Positions 8,619 to 18,317 of a stretch of 18,317 nt of DNA are shown piece by piece. Where the stretch lies: the NCBI GenBank assembly GCA_002189035.1, contig NEEC01000481.1, positions 1 through 18,317 of the forward strand, in the 5' to 3' direction. Below the pieces are notes generated by a model that was not told where the DNA came from, did not search any database, and saw nothing but the letters and a program-made list of their open reading frames with translations. This stretch comes from Utricularia gibba (taxonomy: Eukaryota > Plantae > Magnoliophyta). Position numbers and translations under genes: made by a program. Position 1 is the first letter of the stretch, and each line of letters begins with the position of its first letter.

Positions 8619-10490
8619 TTCGTCCGGACCCAAGGTTCGTTCGACTCCTGAGCCCAATCGGGTCCTATTCGACGAAAATCGTGATGCATTTTTTGAAGTT
8701 AGGATGTCATGAGCACCCCAAATGGTTTTCTTGTCCACAAGCTTTATATTTGAGGAGGCGCTCTCGAGGGGCACTAGGATCGGGCCGGAGGTCGGGTCGG
8801 GCTCGGGCCCATAGTCATTTGTAGCCCGGCAAAAAAATGATCCATTTATTAACGTTGGGTTTTCGGCAGCTGCCTACATGGTTTCTGAAGGAAAAGCTTG
8901 TCGTTTTTGGGTGGGTGCTTTCGTTGGGAAGTTCGTCCGGACCCAAGGTTCGGTTCGACTCCTGAGCCCAATCGGGTCCTATTCGACGAAAATCGTGATG
9001 CATTTTTTGAAGTTAGGATGTCATGAGCACCCCAAATGGTTTTCTCATCCACAAGCTTTATATTTGAGGAGGCGCTCTCGAGGGGCACTAGGATCGGCCG
9101 GAGGTCGGGTCGAACTCGGGCCCATAGTCATTTGTAGCCCGGCAAAAAAAGTGATCCATTTATTAACGTTGGGGTTTTCGGCAGCTGCCTACATGGTTTC
9201 TGAAGGAAAAGCTTGTCGTTTTTGGGTGGGTGCTTTCGTTGGGAAGTTCATCCGGACCCAAGGTTCGGTTCGACTCCTGAGCCCAATGGGGTCCTATTCG
9301 ACGAAAATCGTGATGCATTTTTGAAGTTAGGATGTCATGAGCACCCCAAATGGTTTTCTTGTCCACAAGCTTTATATTTGAGGAGGCGCTCTCGAGGGGC
9401 ACCAGGATCGGGCCGGAGGTCGGGTCGCTCGGGCCCATAGTCATTTGTAGCCCGGCAAAAAAAGTGATCCATTTATTAACGTTGGGTTTTCGGCAGCTGC
9501 CTACATGGTTTCTGAAGGAAAAGCTTGTCGTTTTTGGTGGGTGCTGTTGTTGGAATTCGTCCGGACCCAAGGTTCGGTTCGACTCCTGAGCCCAATCGGG
9601 TCCTATTCGACGAAAATCGTGATGCATTTTTTGAAGTTAGGATGTCATGAGCACCCCAAATGGTTTTCTCAACCACAAGCTTTATATTTGAGGAGGCGCT
9701 CTCGAGGGGCACTAGGATCGGGCCGGAGGTCAGGTCGGGCTCGGGCCCATAGTCATTTGTAGCCCGGCAAAAAAGTGATCCATTTATTAACGTTGGGTTT
9801 TCGGCAGCTGCTACACATGGTTTCTGAAGGAAAAGCTTGTCGTTTTTGGTGGGTGCTTTGTTGGAAATTCGTCCGGACCCAAGGTTCGGTTCGACTCCTG
9901 AGCCCAATCGGGGTCCTATTCGACGAAAATCGTGATGCATTTTTGAAGTTAGGATGTCATGAGCACCCCAAATGGTTTTCTCATCCACAAGCTTTATATT
10001 TGAGGAGGCGCTCTCGAGGGGCACTAGGATCGGGCCGGAGGTCGGGTCGGGCTCGGCCCATAGTCATTTGTAGCCCGGCAAAAAAAGTGATCCATTTATT
10101 AACGTTGGGTTTTCGGCAGCTGCCTACATGGTTTCTGAAGGAAAAGCTTGTCGTTTTTGGTGGGTGCTTTGTTGGGAACTTCGTCCGGACCCAAGGTTCG
10201 GTTCGACTCCTGAGCCCAATCGGGTCCTATTCGACGAAAATCGTGATGCATTTTTTGAAGTTAGGATGTCATGAGCACCCCAAATGGTTTTCTTGTCCAC
10301 AAGCTTTATATTTGAGGAGGCGCTCTCGAGGGGCACTAGGATCGGGCCGGAGGTCGGTCGGGCTCGGCCCATAGTCATTTGTAGCCCGGCAAAAAAAGTG
10401 ATCCATTTATTAACGTGGGTTTTCGGCAGCTGCCTACATGGTTTCTGAAGGAAAAGCTTGTCGTTTTTGGTGGGTGCTTTCGTTGGGAAC

Positions 10491-10775
10491 TTCGTTCGAC
10501 CCAATCGGTCCTATTCGACGAAAATCGTGATGCATTTTTGAAGTTAGGATGTCATGAGCACCCCAAATGGTTTTCTCATCCACAAGCTTTATATTTGAGG
10601 AGGCGCTCTCGAGGGGCACCAGGATCGGGCCGGAGGTCGGGTCGGGCTCGGGCCCATAGTCATTTGTAGCCCGGCAAAAAAAGTGATCCATTTATTAACG
10701 TTGGGTTTTCGGCAGCTGCCTACATGGTTTCTGAAGGAAAAGCTTGTCGTTTTTGGGTGGGTGCTTTGTTGGAAC
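10491..10775 (+). repeat. Shortened monomer M35 (285 bp), double deletion (~18 bp + ~8 bp)
   Basis: Starts TTCGTTCGACCCAATCGG instead of TTCGTCCGGACCCAAGGTTCGGTTCGACTCCTGAGCCCAATCGGG. Confidence 0.8.
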
Positions 10776-13566
10776 TTCGTCCGGACCCAAGGTTCGGTTC
10801 GACTCCTGAGCCCAATCGGGTCCTATTCGACGAAAATCGTGATGCATTTTTGAAGTTAGGATGTCATGAGCACCCCAAATGGTTTTCTCATCCACAAGCT
10901 TTATATTTGAGGAGGCGCTCTCGAGGGGCACTAGGATCGGCCGGAGGTCGGGTCGAACTCGGGCCCATAGTCATTTGTAGCCCGGCAAAAAAAGTGATCC
11001 ATTTATTAACGTTGGGTTTTCGGCAGCTGCCTACATGTTTCTGAAGGAAAAGCTTGTCGTTTTTGGTGGGTGCTTTCGTTGGGAAGTTCATCCGGACCCA
11101 AGGTTCGTTCGACTCCTGAGCCCAATGGGGTCCTATTCGACGAAAATCGTGATGCATTTTTTGAAGTTAGGATGTCATGAGCACCCCAAATGGTTTTCTT
11201 GTCCACAAGCTTTATATTTGAGGAGGCGCTCTCGAGGGGCACTAGGATCGGCCGGAGGTCGGGTCGAACTCGGGCCCATAGTCATTTGTAGCCCGGCAAA
11301 AAAAGTGATCCATTTATTAACGTTGGGTTTTCGGCAGCCTACATGGTTTCTGAAGGAAAAGCTTGTCGTTTTTGGGTGGGTGCTTTCGTTGGGAAGTTCA
11401 TCCGGACCCAAGGTTCGGTTCGACTCCTGAGCCCAATCGGGTCCTATTCGACGAAAATCGTGATGCATTTTTTGAAGTTAGGATGTCATGAGCACCCCAA
11501 ATGGTTTTCTCATCCACAAGCTTTATATTTGAGGAGGCGCTCTCGAGGGGCACCAGGATCGGGCCGGAGGTCGGGTCGGGCTCGGGCCCATAGTCATTTG
11601 TAGCCGGCAAAAAAAGTGATCCATTTATTAACGTTGGGTTTTCGGCAGCTGCCTACATGGTTTCTGAAGGAAAAGCTTGTCGTTTTTGGGTGGGTGCTTT
11701 TTTTGGAATTCGTCCGGACCCAAGGTTCGGTTCGACTCCTGAGCCCAATCGGGTCCTATTCGACGAAAATCGTGATGCATTTTTTGAAGTTAGGATGTCA
11801 TGAGCACCCAAATGGTTTTCTCACCACAAGCTTTATATTTGAGGAGGCGCTCTCGAGGGGCACCAGGATCGGGCCGGAGGTCGGTCGGGCTCGGCCCATA
11901 GTCATTTGTAGCCGGCAAAAAAAGTGATCCATTTATTAACGTTGGGTTTTCGGCAGCTGCCTACATGGTTTCTGAAGGAAAAGCTTGTCGTTTTTGGTGG
12001 GTGCTTTGTTGGAACTTCGTCCGGACCCAAGGTTCGGTTCGACTCCTGAGCCCAATCGGGTCCTATTCGACGAAAATCGTGATGCATTTTTGAAGTTAGG
12101 ATGTCATGAGCACCCCAAATGGTTTTCTCACCAAGCTTTATATTTGAGGAGGCGCTCTCGAGGGGCACTAGGATCGGCCGGAGGTCGGGTCGGGCTCGGC
12201 CCATAGTCATTTGTAGCCCGGCAAAAAAAGTGATCCATTTATTAACGTTGGGTTTTCGGCAGCTGCCTACATGGTTTCTGAAGGAAAAGCTTGTCGTTTT
12301 TGGGTGGGTGCTTTGTTGGGATTCGTCCGGACCCAAGGTTCGGTTCGACTCCTGAGCCCAATCGGGTCCTATTCGACGAAAATCGTGATGCATTTTTGAA
12401 GTTAGGATGTCATGAGCACCCCAAATGGTTTTCTCAACCACAAGCTTTTATTTGAGGAGGCGCTCTCGAGGGGCACTAGGATCGGGCCGGAGGTCAGGTC
12501 GAACTCGGGCCCATAGTCATTTGTAGCCCGGCAAAAAAGTGATCCATTTATTAACGTTGGGTTTTCGGCAGCTGCCTACATGGTTTCTGAAGGAAAAGCT
12601 TGTCGTTTTTGGTGGGTGCTTTCGTTGGGAATTCGTCCGGACCCAAGGTTCGGTTCGACTCCTGAGCCCAATCGGGTCCTATTCGACGAAAATCGTGATG
12701 CATTTATTGAAGTTAGGATGTCATGAGCACCCCAAATGGTTTTCTCATCCACAAGCTTTATATTTGAGGAGGCGCTCTCGAGGGGCACCAGGATCGGGCC
12801 GGAGGTCGGGTCGGGCTCGGGCCCATAGTCATTTGTAGCCCGGCAAAAAAAGTGATCCATTTATTAACGTTGGGTTTTCGGCAGCTGCCTACATGTTTTC
12901 TGAAGGAAAAGCTTGTCGTTTTTTGGGTGGGTGCTTTCGTTGGGAATTCGTCCGGACCCAAGGTTCGGTTCGACTCCTGAGCCCAATCGGGTCCTATTCG
13001 ACGAAAATCGTGATGCATTTATTGAAGTTAGGATGTCATGAGCACCCCAAATGGTTTTCTCATCCACAAGCTTTATATTTGAGGAGGCGCTCTCGAGGGG
13101 CACCAGGATCGGGCCGGAGGTCGGTCGGCTCGGGCCCATAGTCATTTGTAGCCCGGCAAAAAAAGTGATCCATTTATTAACGTTGGGTTTTCGGCAGCTG
13201 CCTACATGGTTTCTGAAGGAAAAGCTTGTCGTTTTTGGGTGGGTGCTTTCGTTGGGAACTTCGTCCGGACCCAAGGTTCGGTTCGACTCCTGAGCCCAAT
13301 GGGTCCTATTCGACGAAAATCGTGATGCATTTTTTGAAGTTAGGATGTCATGAGCACCCCAAATGGTTTTCTTGTCCAAGCTTTATATTTGAGGAGGCGC
13401 TCTCGAGGGGCACTAGGATCGGGCCGGAGGTCGGGTCGGGCTCGGGCCCATAGTCATTTGTAGCCCGGCAAAAAAAGTGATCCATTTATTAACGTTGGGT
13501 TTTCGGCAGCTGCCTACATGGTTTCTGAAGGAAAAGCTTGTCGTTTTTGGTGGTGCTTTCTTGGGA

Positions 13567-13853
13567 TTCGTTCGAGCCCAATCGGGTCCTATTCGACGAA
13601 AATCGTGATGCATTTTTGAAGTTAGGATGTCATGAGCACCCCAAATGGTTTTCTCATCCACAAGCTTTATATTTGAGGAGGCGCTCTCGAGGGGCACCAG
13701 GATCGGGCCGGAGGTCGGGTCGGGCTCGGGCCCATAGTCATTTGTAGCCCGGCAAAAAAAGTGATCCATTTATTAACGTTGGGTTTTCGGCAGCTGCCTA
13801 CATGGTTTCTGAAGGAAAAGCTTGTCGTTTTTGGGTGGGTGCTTTGTTGGGAA
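13567..13853 (+). repeat. Shortened monomer M45 (287 bp), double deletion (~18 bp + ~7 bp), like M35
   Basis: Starts TTCGTTCGAGCCCAATCGGG, with the same TTCG|TTCGA junction as M35. Confidence 0.8.
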
Positions 13854-16800
13854 TTCGTCCGGACCCAAGGTTCGGTTCGACTCCTGAGCCCAATCGGGTC
13901 CTATTCGACGAAAATCGTGATGCATTTTTTGAAGTTAGGATGTCATGAGCACCCCAAATGGTTTTCTTGTCCACAAGCTTTATATTTGAGGAGGCGCTCT
14001 CGAGGGGCACTAGGATCGGCCGGAGGTCGGGTCGAACTCGGGCCATAGTCATTTGTAGCCCGGCAAAAAATGATCCATTTATTAACGTTGGGTTTTCGGC
14101 AGCTGCCTACACATGGTTTCTGAAGGAAAAGCTTGTCGTTTTTGGTGGGTGCTTTCGTTGGGAATTCATCCGGACCCAAGGTTCGGTTCGACTCCTGAGC
14201 CCAATGGGGTCCTATTCGACGAAAATCGTGATGCATTTTTTGAAGTTAGGATGTCATGAGCACCCCAAATGGTTTTCTCCACAAGCTTTATATTTGAGGA
14301 GGCGCTCTCGAGGGGCACTAGGATCGGCCGGAGGTCGGGTCGGGCTCGGGCCCATAGTCATTTGTAGCCCGGCAAAAAAAGTGATCCATTTATTAACGTT
14401 GGGTTTTCGGCAGCTGCCTACATGGTTTCTGAAGGAAAAGCTTGTCGTTTTTGGGTGGGTGCTTTCGTTGGGAATTCGTCCGGACCCAAGGTTCGTTCGA
14501 CTCCTGAGCCCAATCGGGTCCTATTCGACGAAAATCGTGATGCATTTTTTGAAGTTAGGATGTCATGAGCACCCCAAATGGTTTTCTTGTCCACAAGCTT
14601 TATATTTGAGGAGGCGCTCTCGAGGGGCACTAGGATCGGCCGGAGGTCGGTCGCTCGGCCCATAGTCATTTGTAGCCCGGCAAAAAATGATCCATTTATT
14701 AACGTTGGGTTTTCGGCAGCTGCCTACATGGTTTCTGAAGGAAAAGCTTGTCGTTTTTGGGTGGGTGCTTTCGTTGGGAAGTTCGTCCGGACCAAGGTTC
14801 GGTTCGACTCCTGAGCCCAATGGGGTCCTATTCGACGAAAATCGTGATGCATTTTTTGAAGTTAGGATGTCATGAGCACCCAAATGGTTTTCTCCACAAG
14901 CTTTATATTTGAGGAGGCGCTCTCGAGGGGCACCAGGATCGGGCCGGAGGTCGGTCGGGCTCGGGCCCATAGTCATTTGTAGCCGGGCAAAAAAAGTGAT
15001 CCATTTATTAACGTTGGGTTTTCGGCAGCTGCCTACATGGTTTCTGAAGGAAAAGCTTGTCGTTTTTGGGTGGGTGCTTTGTTGGGAACTTCGTCCGGAC
15101 CCAAGGTTCGGTTCGACTCCTGAGCCCAATCGGGTCCTATTCGACGAAAATCGTGATGCATTTTTTGAAGTTTAGGATGTCATGAGCACCCCAAATGGTT
15201 TTCTCACCACAAGCTTTTATTTGAGGAGGCGCTCTCGAGGGGCACTAGGATCGGGCCGGAGGTCGGGTCGAACTCGGGCCCATAGTCATTTGTAGCCCGG
15301 CAAAAAAAGTGATCCATTTATTAACGTTGGGTTTTCGGCAGCTGCCTACATGGTTTCTGAAGGAAAAGCTTGTCGTTTTTGGGTGGGTGCTTTGTTGGGA
15401 ATTCGTCCGGACCCAAGGTTCGGTTCGACTCCTGAGCCCAATCGGGTCCTATTCGACGAAAATCGTGATGCATTTTTTGAAGTTAGGATGTCATGAGCAC
15501 CCCAAATGGTTTTCTCAACCACAAGCTTTTTATTTGAGGAGGCGCTCGAGGGGCACTAGGATCGGCCGGAGGTCGGTCGAACTCGGGCCCATAGTCATTT
15601 GTAGCCCGGCAAAAAAGTGATCCATTTATTAACGTTGGGTTTTCGGCAGCTGCCTACATGGTTTCTGAAGGAAAAGCTTGTCGTTTTTGGGTGGGTGCTT
15701 TGTTGGAATTCGTCCGGACCCAAGGTTCGGTTCGACTCCTGAGCCCAATCGGGTCCTATTCGACGAAATCGTGATGCATTTTTGAAGTTAGGATGTCATG
15801 AGCACCCCAAATGGTTTTCTCATCCACAAGCTTTATATTTGAGGAGGCGCTCTCGAGGGGCACTAGGATCGGGCCGGAGGTCGGTCGGCTCGGGCCCATA
15901 GTCATTTGTAGCCCGGCAAAAAAAGTGATCCATTTATTAACGTTGGGTTTTCGGCAGCTGCCTACATGTTTCTGAAGGAAAAGCTTGTCGTTTTTGGGTG
16001 GGTGCTTTCGTTGGGAATTCGTCCGGACCCAAGGTTCGGTTCGACTCCTGAGCCCAATCGGGTCCTATTCGACGAAAATCGTGATGCATTTATTGAAGTT
16101 AGGATGTCATGAGCACCCCAAATGGTTTTCTCATCCACAAGCTTTATATTTGAGGAGGCGCTCTCGAGGGGCACCAGGATCGGGCCGGAGGTCGGTCGGG
16201 CTCGGGCCCATAGTCATTTGTAGCCCGGCAAAAAAGTGATCCATTTATTAACGTTGGGTTTTCGGCAGCTGCCTACATGGTTTCTGAAGGAAAAGCTTGT
16301 CGTTTTTGGTGGGTGCTTTGTTGGGAATTCGTCCGGACCCAAGGTTCGGTTCGACTCCTGAGCCCAATCGGGTCCTATTCGACGAAAATCGTGATGCATT
16401 TTTTTGAAGTTAGGATGTCATGAGCACCCAAATGGTTTTCTTGTCCACAAGCTTTATATTTGAGGGGCGCTCTCGAGGGGCACCAGGATCGGGCCGGAGG
16501 TCGGGTCGGCTCGGGCCCATAGTCATTTAGCCCGGCAAAAAAAGTGATCCATTTATTAACGTTGGGTTTTCGGCAGCTGCCTACATGGTTTCTGAAGGAA
16601 AAGCTTGTCGTTTTTGGGTGGGTGCTTTCGTTGGGAACTTCGTCCGGACCCAAGGTTCGGTTCGACTCCTGAGCCCAATGGGGTCCTATTCGACGAAAAT
16701 CGTGATGCATTTTTGAAGTTAGGATGTCATGAGCACCCCAAATGGTTTTCTTGTCCACAAGCTTTTATTTGAGGAGGCGCTCTCGAGGGCACTAGGATCG

Positions 16801-18317
16801 GCCGGAGGTCGGGTCGAACTCGGGCCCATAGTCATTTGTAGCCCGGCAAAAAAAGTGATCCATTTATTAACGTTGGGTTTTCGGCACTGCCTACATGTTT
16901 TCTGAAGGAAAAGCTTGTCGTTTTTGGGTGGGTGCTTTCGTTGGGAAGTTCGTCCGGACCCAAGGTTCGTTCGACTCCTGAGCCCAATCGGGTCCTATTC
17001 GACGAAAATCGTGATGCATTTTTTTGAAGTTAGGATGTCATGAGCACCCCAAATGGTTTTCTCCACAAGCTTTATATTTGAGGAGCGCTCTCGAGGGGCA
17101 CTAGGATCGGCCGGAGGTCGGGTCGAACTCGGCCCATAGTCATTTGTAGCCCGGCAAAAAAAGTGATCCATTTATTAACGTTGGGTTTTCGGCAGCTGCC
17201 TACATTGTTTCTGAAGGAAAAGCTTGTCGTTTTTGGGTGGGTGCTTTCGTTGGGAAGTTCATCCGGACCCAAGGTTCGTTCGACTCCTGAGCCCAATGGG
17301 GTCCTATTCGACGAAAACGTGATGCATTTTTTGAAGTTAGGATGTCATGAGCACCCCAAATGGTTTTCTTGTCCACAAGCTTTATATTTGAGGAGGCGCT
17401 CTCGAGGGCACCAGGATCGGGCCGGAGGTCGGTCGGGCTCGGGCCCATAGTCATTTGTAGCCCGGCAAAAAAAGTGATCCATTTTAACGTTGGGTTTTCG
17501 GCAGCTGCCTACATGGTTTCTGAAGGAAAAGCTTGTCGTTTTTGGTGGGTGCTTTGTTGGAACTTCGTCCGGACCCAAGGTTCGGTTCGACTCCTGAGCC
17601 CAATCGGGTCCTTTCGACGAAAATCGTGATGCATTTTTTGAAGTTAGGATGTCATGAGCACCCCAAATGGTTTTCTCAACCACAAGCTTTATATTTGAGG
17701 AGGCGCTCTCGAGGGGCACTAGGATCGGGCCGGAGGTCGGTCGGGCTCGGCCCATAGTCATTTGTAGCCCGGCAAAAAAAGTGATCCATTTATTAACGTT
17801 GGGTTTTCGGCACTGCCTACATGGTTTCTGAAGGAAAAGCTTGTCGTTTTTGGGTGGGTGCTTTGTTGGAACTTCGTCCGGACCCAAGGTTCGGTTCGAC
17901 TCCTGAGCCCAATCGGGTCCTATTCGACGAAAATCGTGATGCATTTTTGAAGTTAGGATGTCATGAGCACCCCAAATGGTTTTCTCAACCACAAGCTTTT
18001 TATTTGAGGAGGCGCTCTCGAGGGGCACTAGATCGGGCCGGAGGTCGGGTCGAACTCGGGCCCATAGTCATTTGTAGCCCGGCAAAAAAAGTGATCCATT
18101 TAAACGTTGGGTTTTCGGCAGCTGCCTACATGTTTTCTGAAGGAAAAGCTTGTCGTTTTGGTGGGTGCTTTGTTGGGCTTCGTCCGGACCCAAGGTTCGG
18201 TTCGACTCCTGAGCCCAATCGGGTCCTATTCGACGAAAATCGTGATGCATTTTTGAAGTTAGGATGTCATGAGCACCCCAAATGGTTTTCTCAACCACAA
18301 GCTTTTTATTTGAGGAG

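Larger units (their letters stand above)
9868..18178 (+). repeat. Decaying ~10-monomer higher-order repeat / tandem segmental duplication (~3.08 kb period), M33-M59
   Basis: Alleles are shared at lag 10: the deletion in M35/M45; ttcAtcc+aatGgg in M37/M47/M57; GAACTC+GATCGGCC in M36/M46/M56; CATTTATTG in M43/M53; CTCATCC in M33/M43/M53; CTTGTCC in M34/M44/M54; CAACC+GAACTC in M41/M51. Confidence 0.55.
1..18317. repeat. Tandem satellite DNA array, ~308-315 bp monomer, 59 full copies + 1 partial, all in the same orientation
   Basis: Seen in sequence. The motif TTC[A/G]TCCGGACCCAAGG (deleted or altered in a few copies) recurs at 1, 312, 625, 935, 1247, 1558, 1872, 2181, 2483, 2784, 3098, 3408, 3713, 4022, 4331, 4641, 4946, 5255, 5563, 5868, 6181, 6493, 6799, 7106, 7415, 7721, 8028, 8340, 8619, 8932, 9247, 9556, 9868, 10180, 10491, 10776, 11087, 11397, 11709, 12016, 12322, 12632, 12947, 13260, 13567, 13854, 14165, 14475, 14782, 15090, 15402, 15709, 16018, 16328, 16639, 16949, 17258, 17564, 17873 and 18179 (called M1-M60). 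There is no unique sequence between copies, and the array runs off both ends of the window. Confidence 0.99.

Noticed and set aside
81-18298. All ORFs in the six-frame track as genes
   Set aside because: They are the same few peptides (e.g. MIHLLTLGFRQLP, MHHDFRRIGP, KLGCHEHPKWFS) repeated on both strands and constantly frameshifted, with no recognisable domain. They are artefacts of the satellite.
1-18317. CRISPR array
   Set aside because: The entire ~310-bp unit is repeated. There are no short direct repeats separated by unique spacers, and no cas genes.
1-18317. Assignment to a named satellite (CentO/CentC, TCAST, pBV, alpha satellite etc.) or to a taxon
   Set aside because: Only the length is reminiscent. 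I recognise no convincing sequence identity, so a database search is required.
1-18317. Transposon insertion or inversion within the array
   Set aside because: Every monomer start is found in the same orientation at 279-315 bp spacing, leaving no room for inserted sequence.

Overview
The whole window is one uninterrupted, head-to-tail, single-orientation tandem satellite array: 59 complete monomers plus a 139-bp partial 60th. Mean length is about 308 bp, the hand-built consensus is about 314 bp, and GC is about 51%. No protein-coding gene, RNA gene, transposon or CRISPR array is supported, and all listed ORFs are recurring translations of the repeat. The monomer is itself a diverged dimer of two ~155-bp subunits (about 60% identical), a length typical of eukaryotic centromeric/pericentromeric satellites. 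I cannot assign the family or organism. Reading the monomers one by one shows: (i) a decaying 3-monomer higher-order pattern at the 5' end and a decaying ~10-monomer (~3.08 kb) pattern in the 3' half, separated by a shift in variant composition near 6.8-7.1 kb; (ii) a perfect tRNA-type B box (GGTTCGACTCC) in most monomers, with a weak A-box-like motif at tRNA-like spacing and a T5-7 run downstream; (iii) a deletion hotspot and a conserved-stem/variable-loop inverted repeat. Many 1-bp indels look like long-read errors. All counts and alignments were done by hand and should be recomputed.
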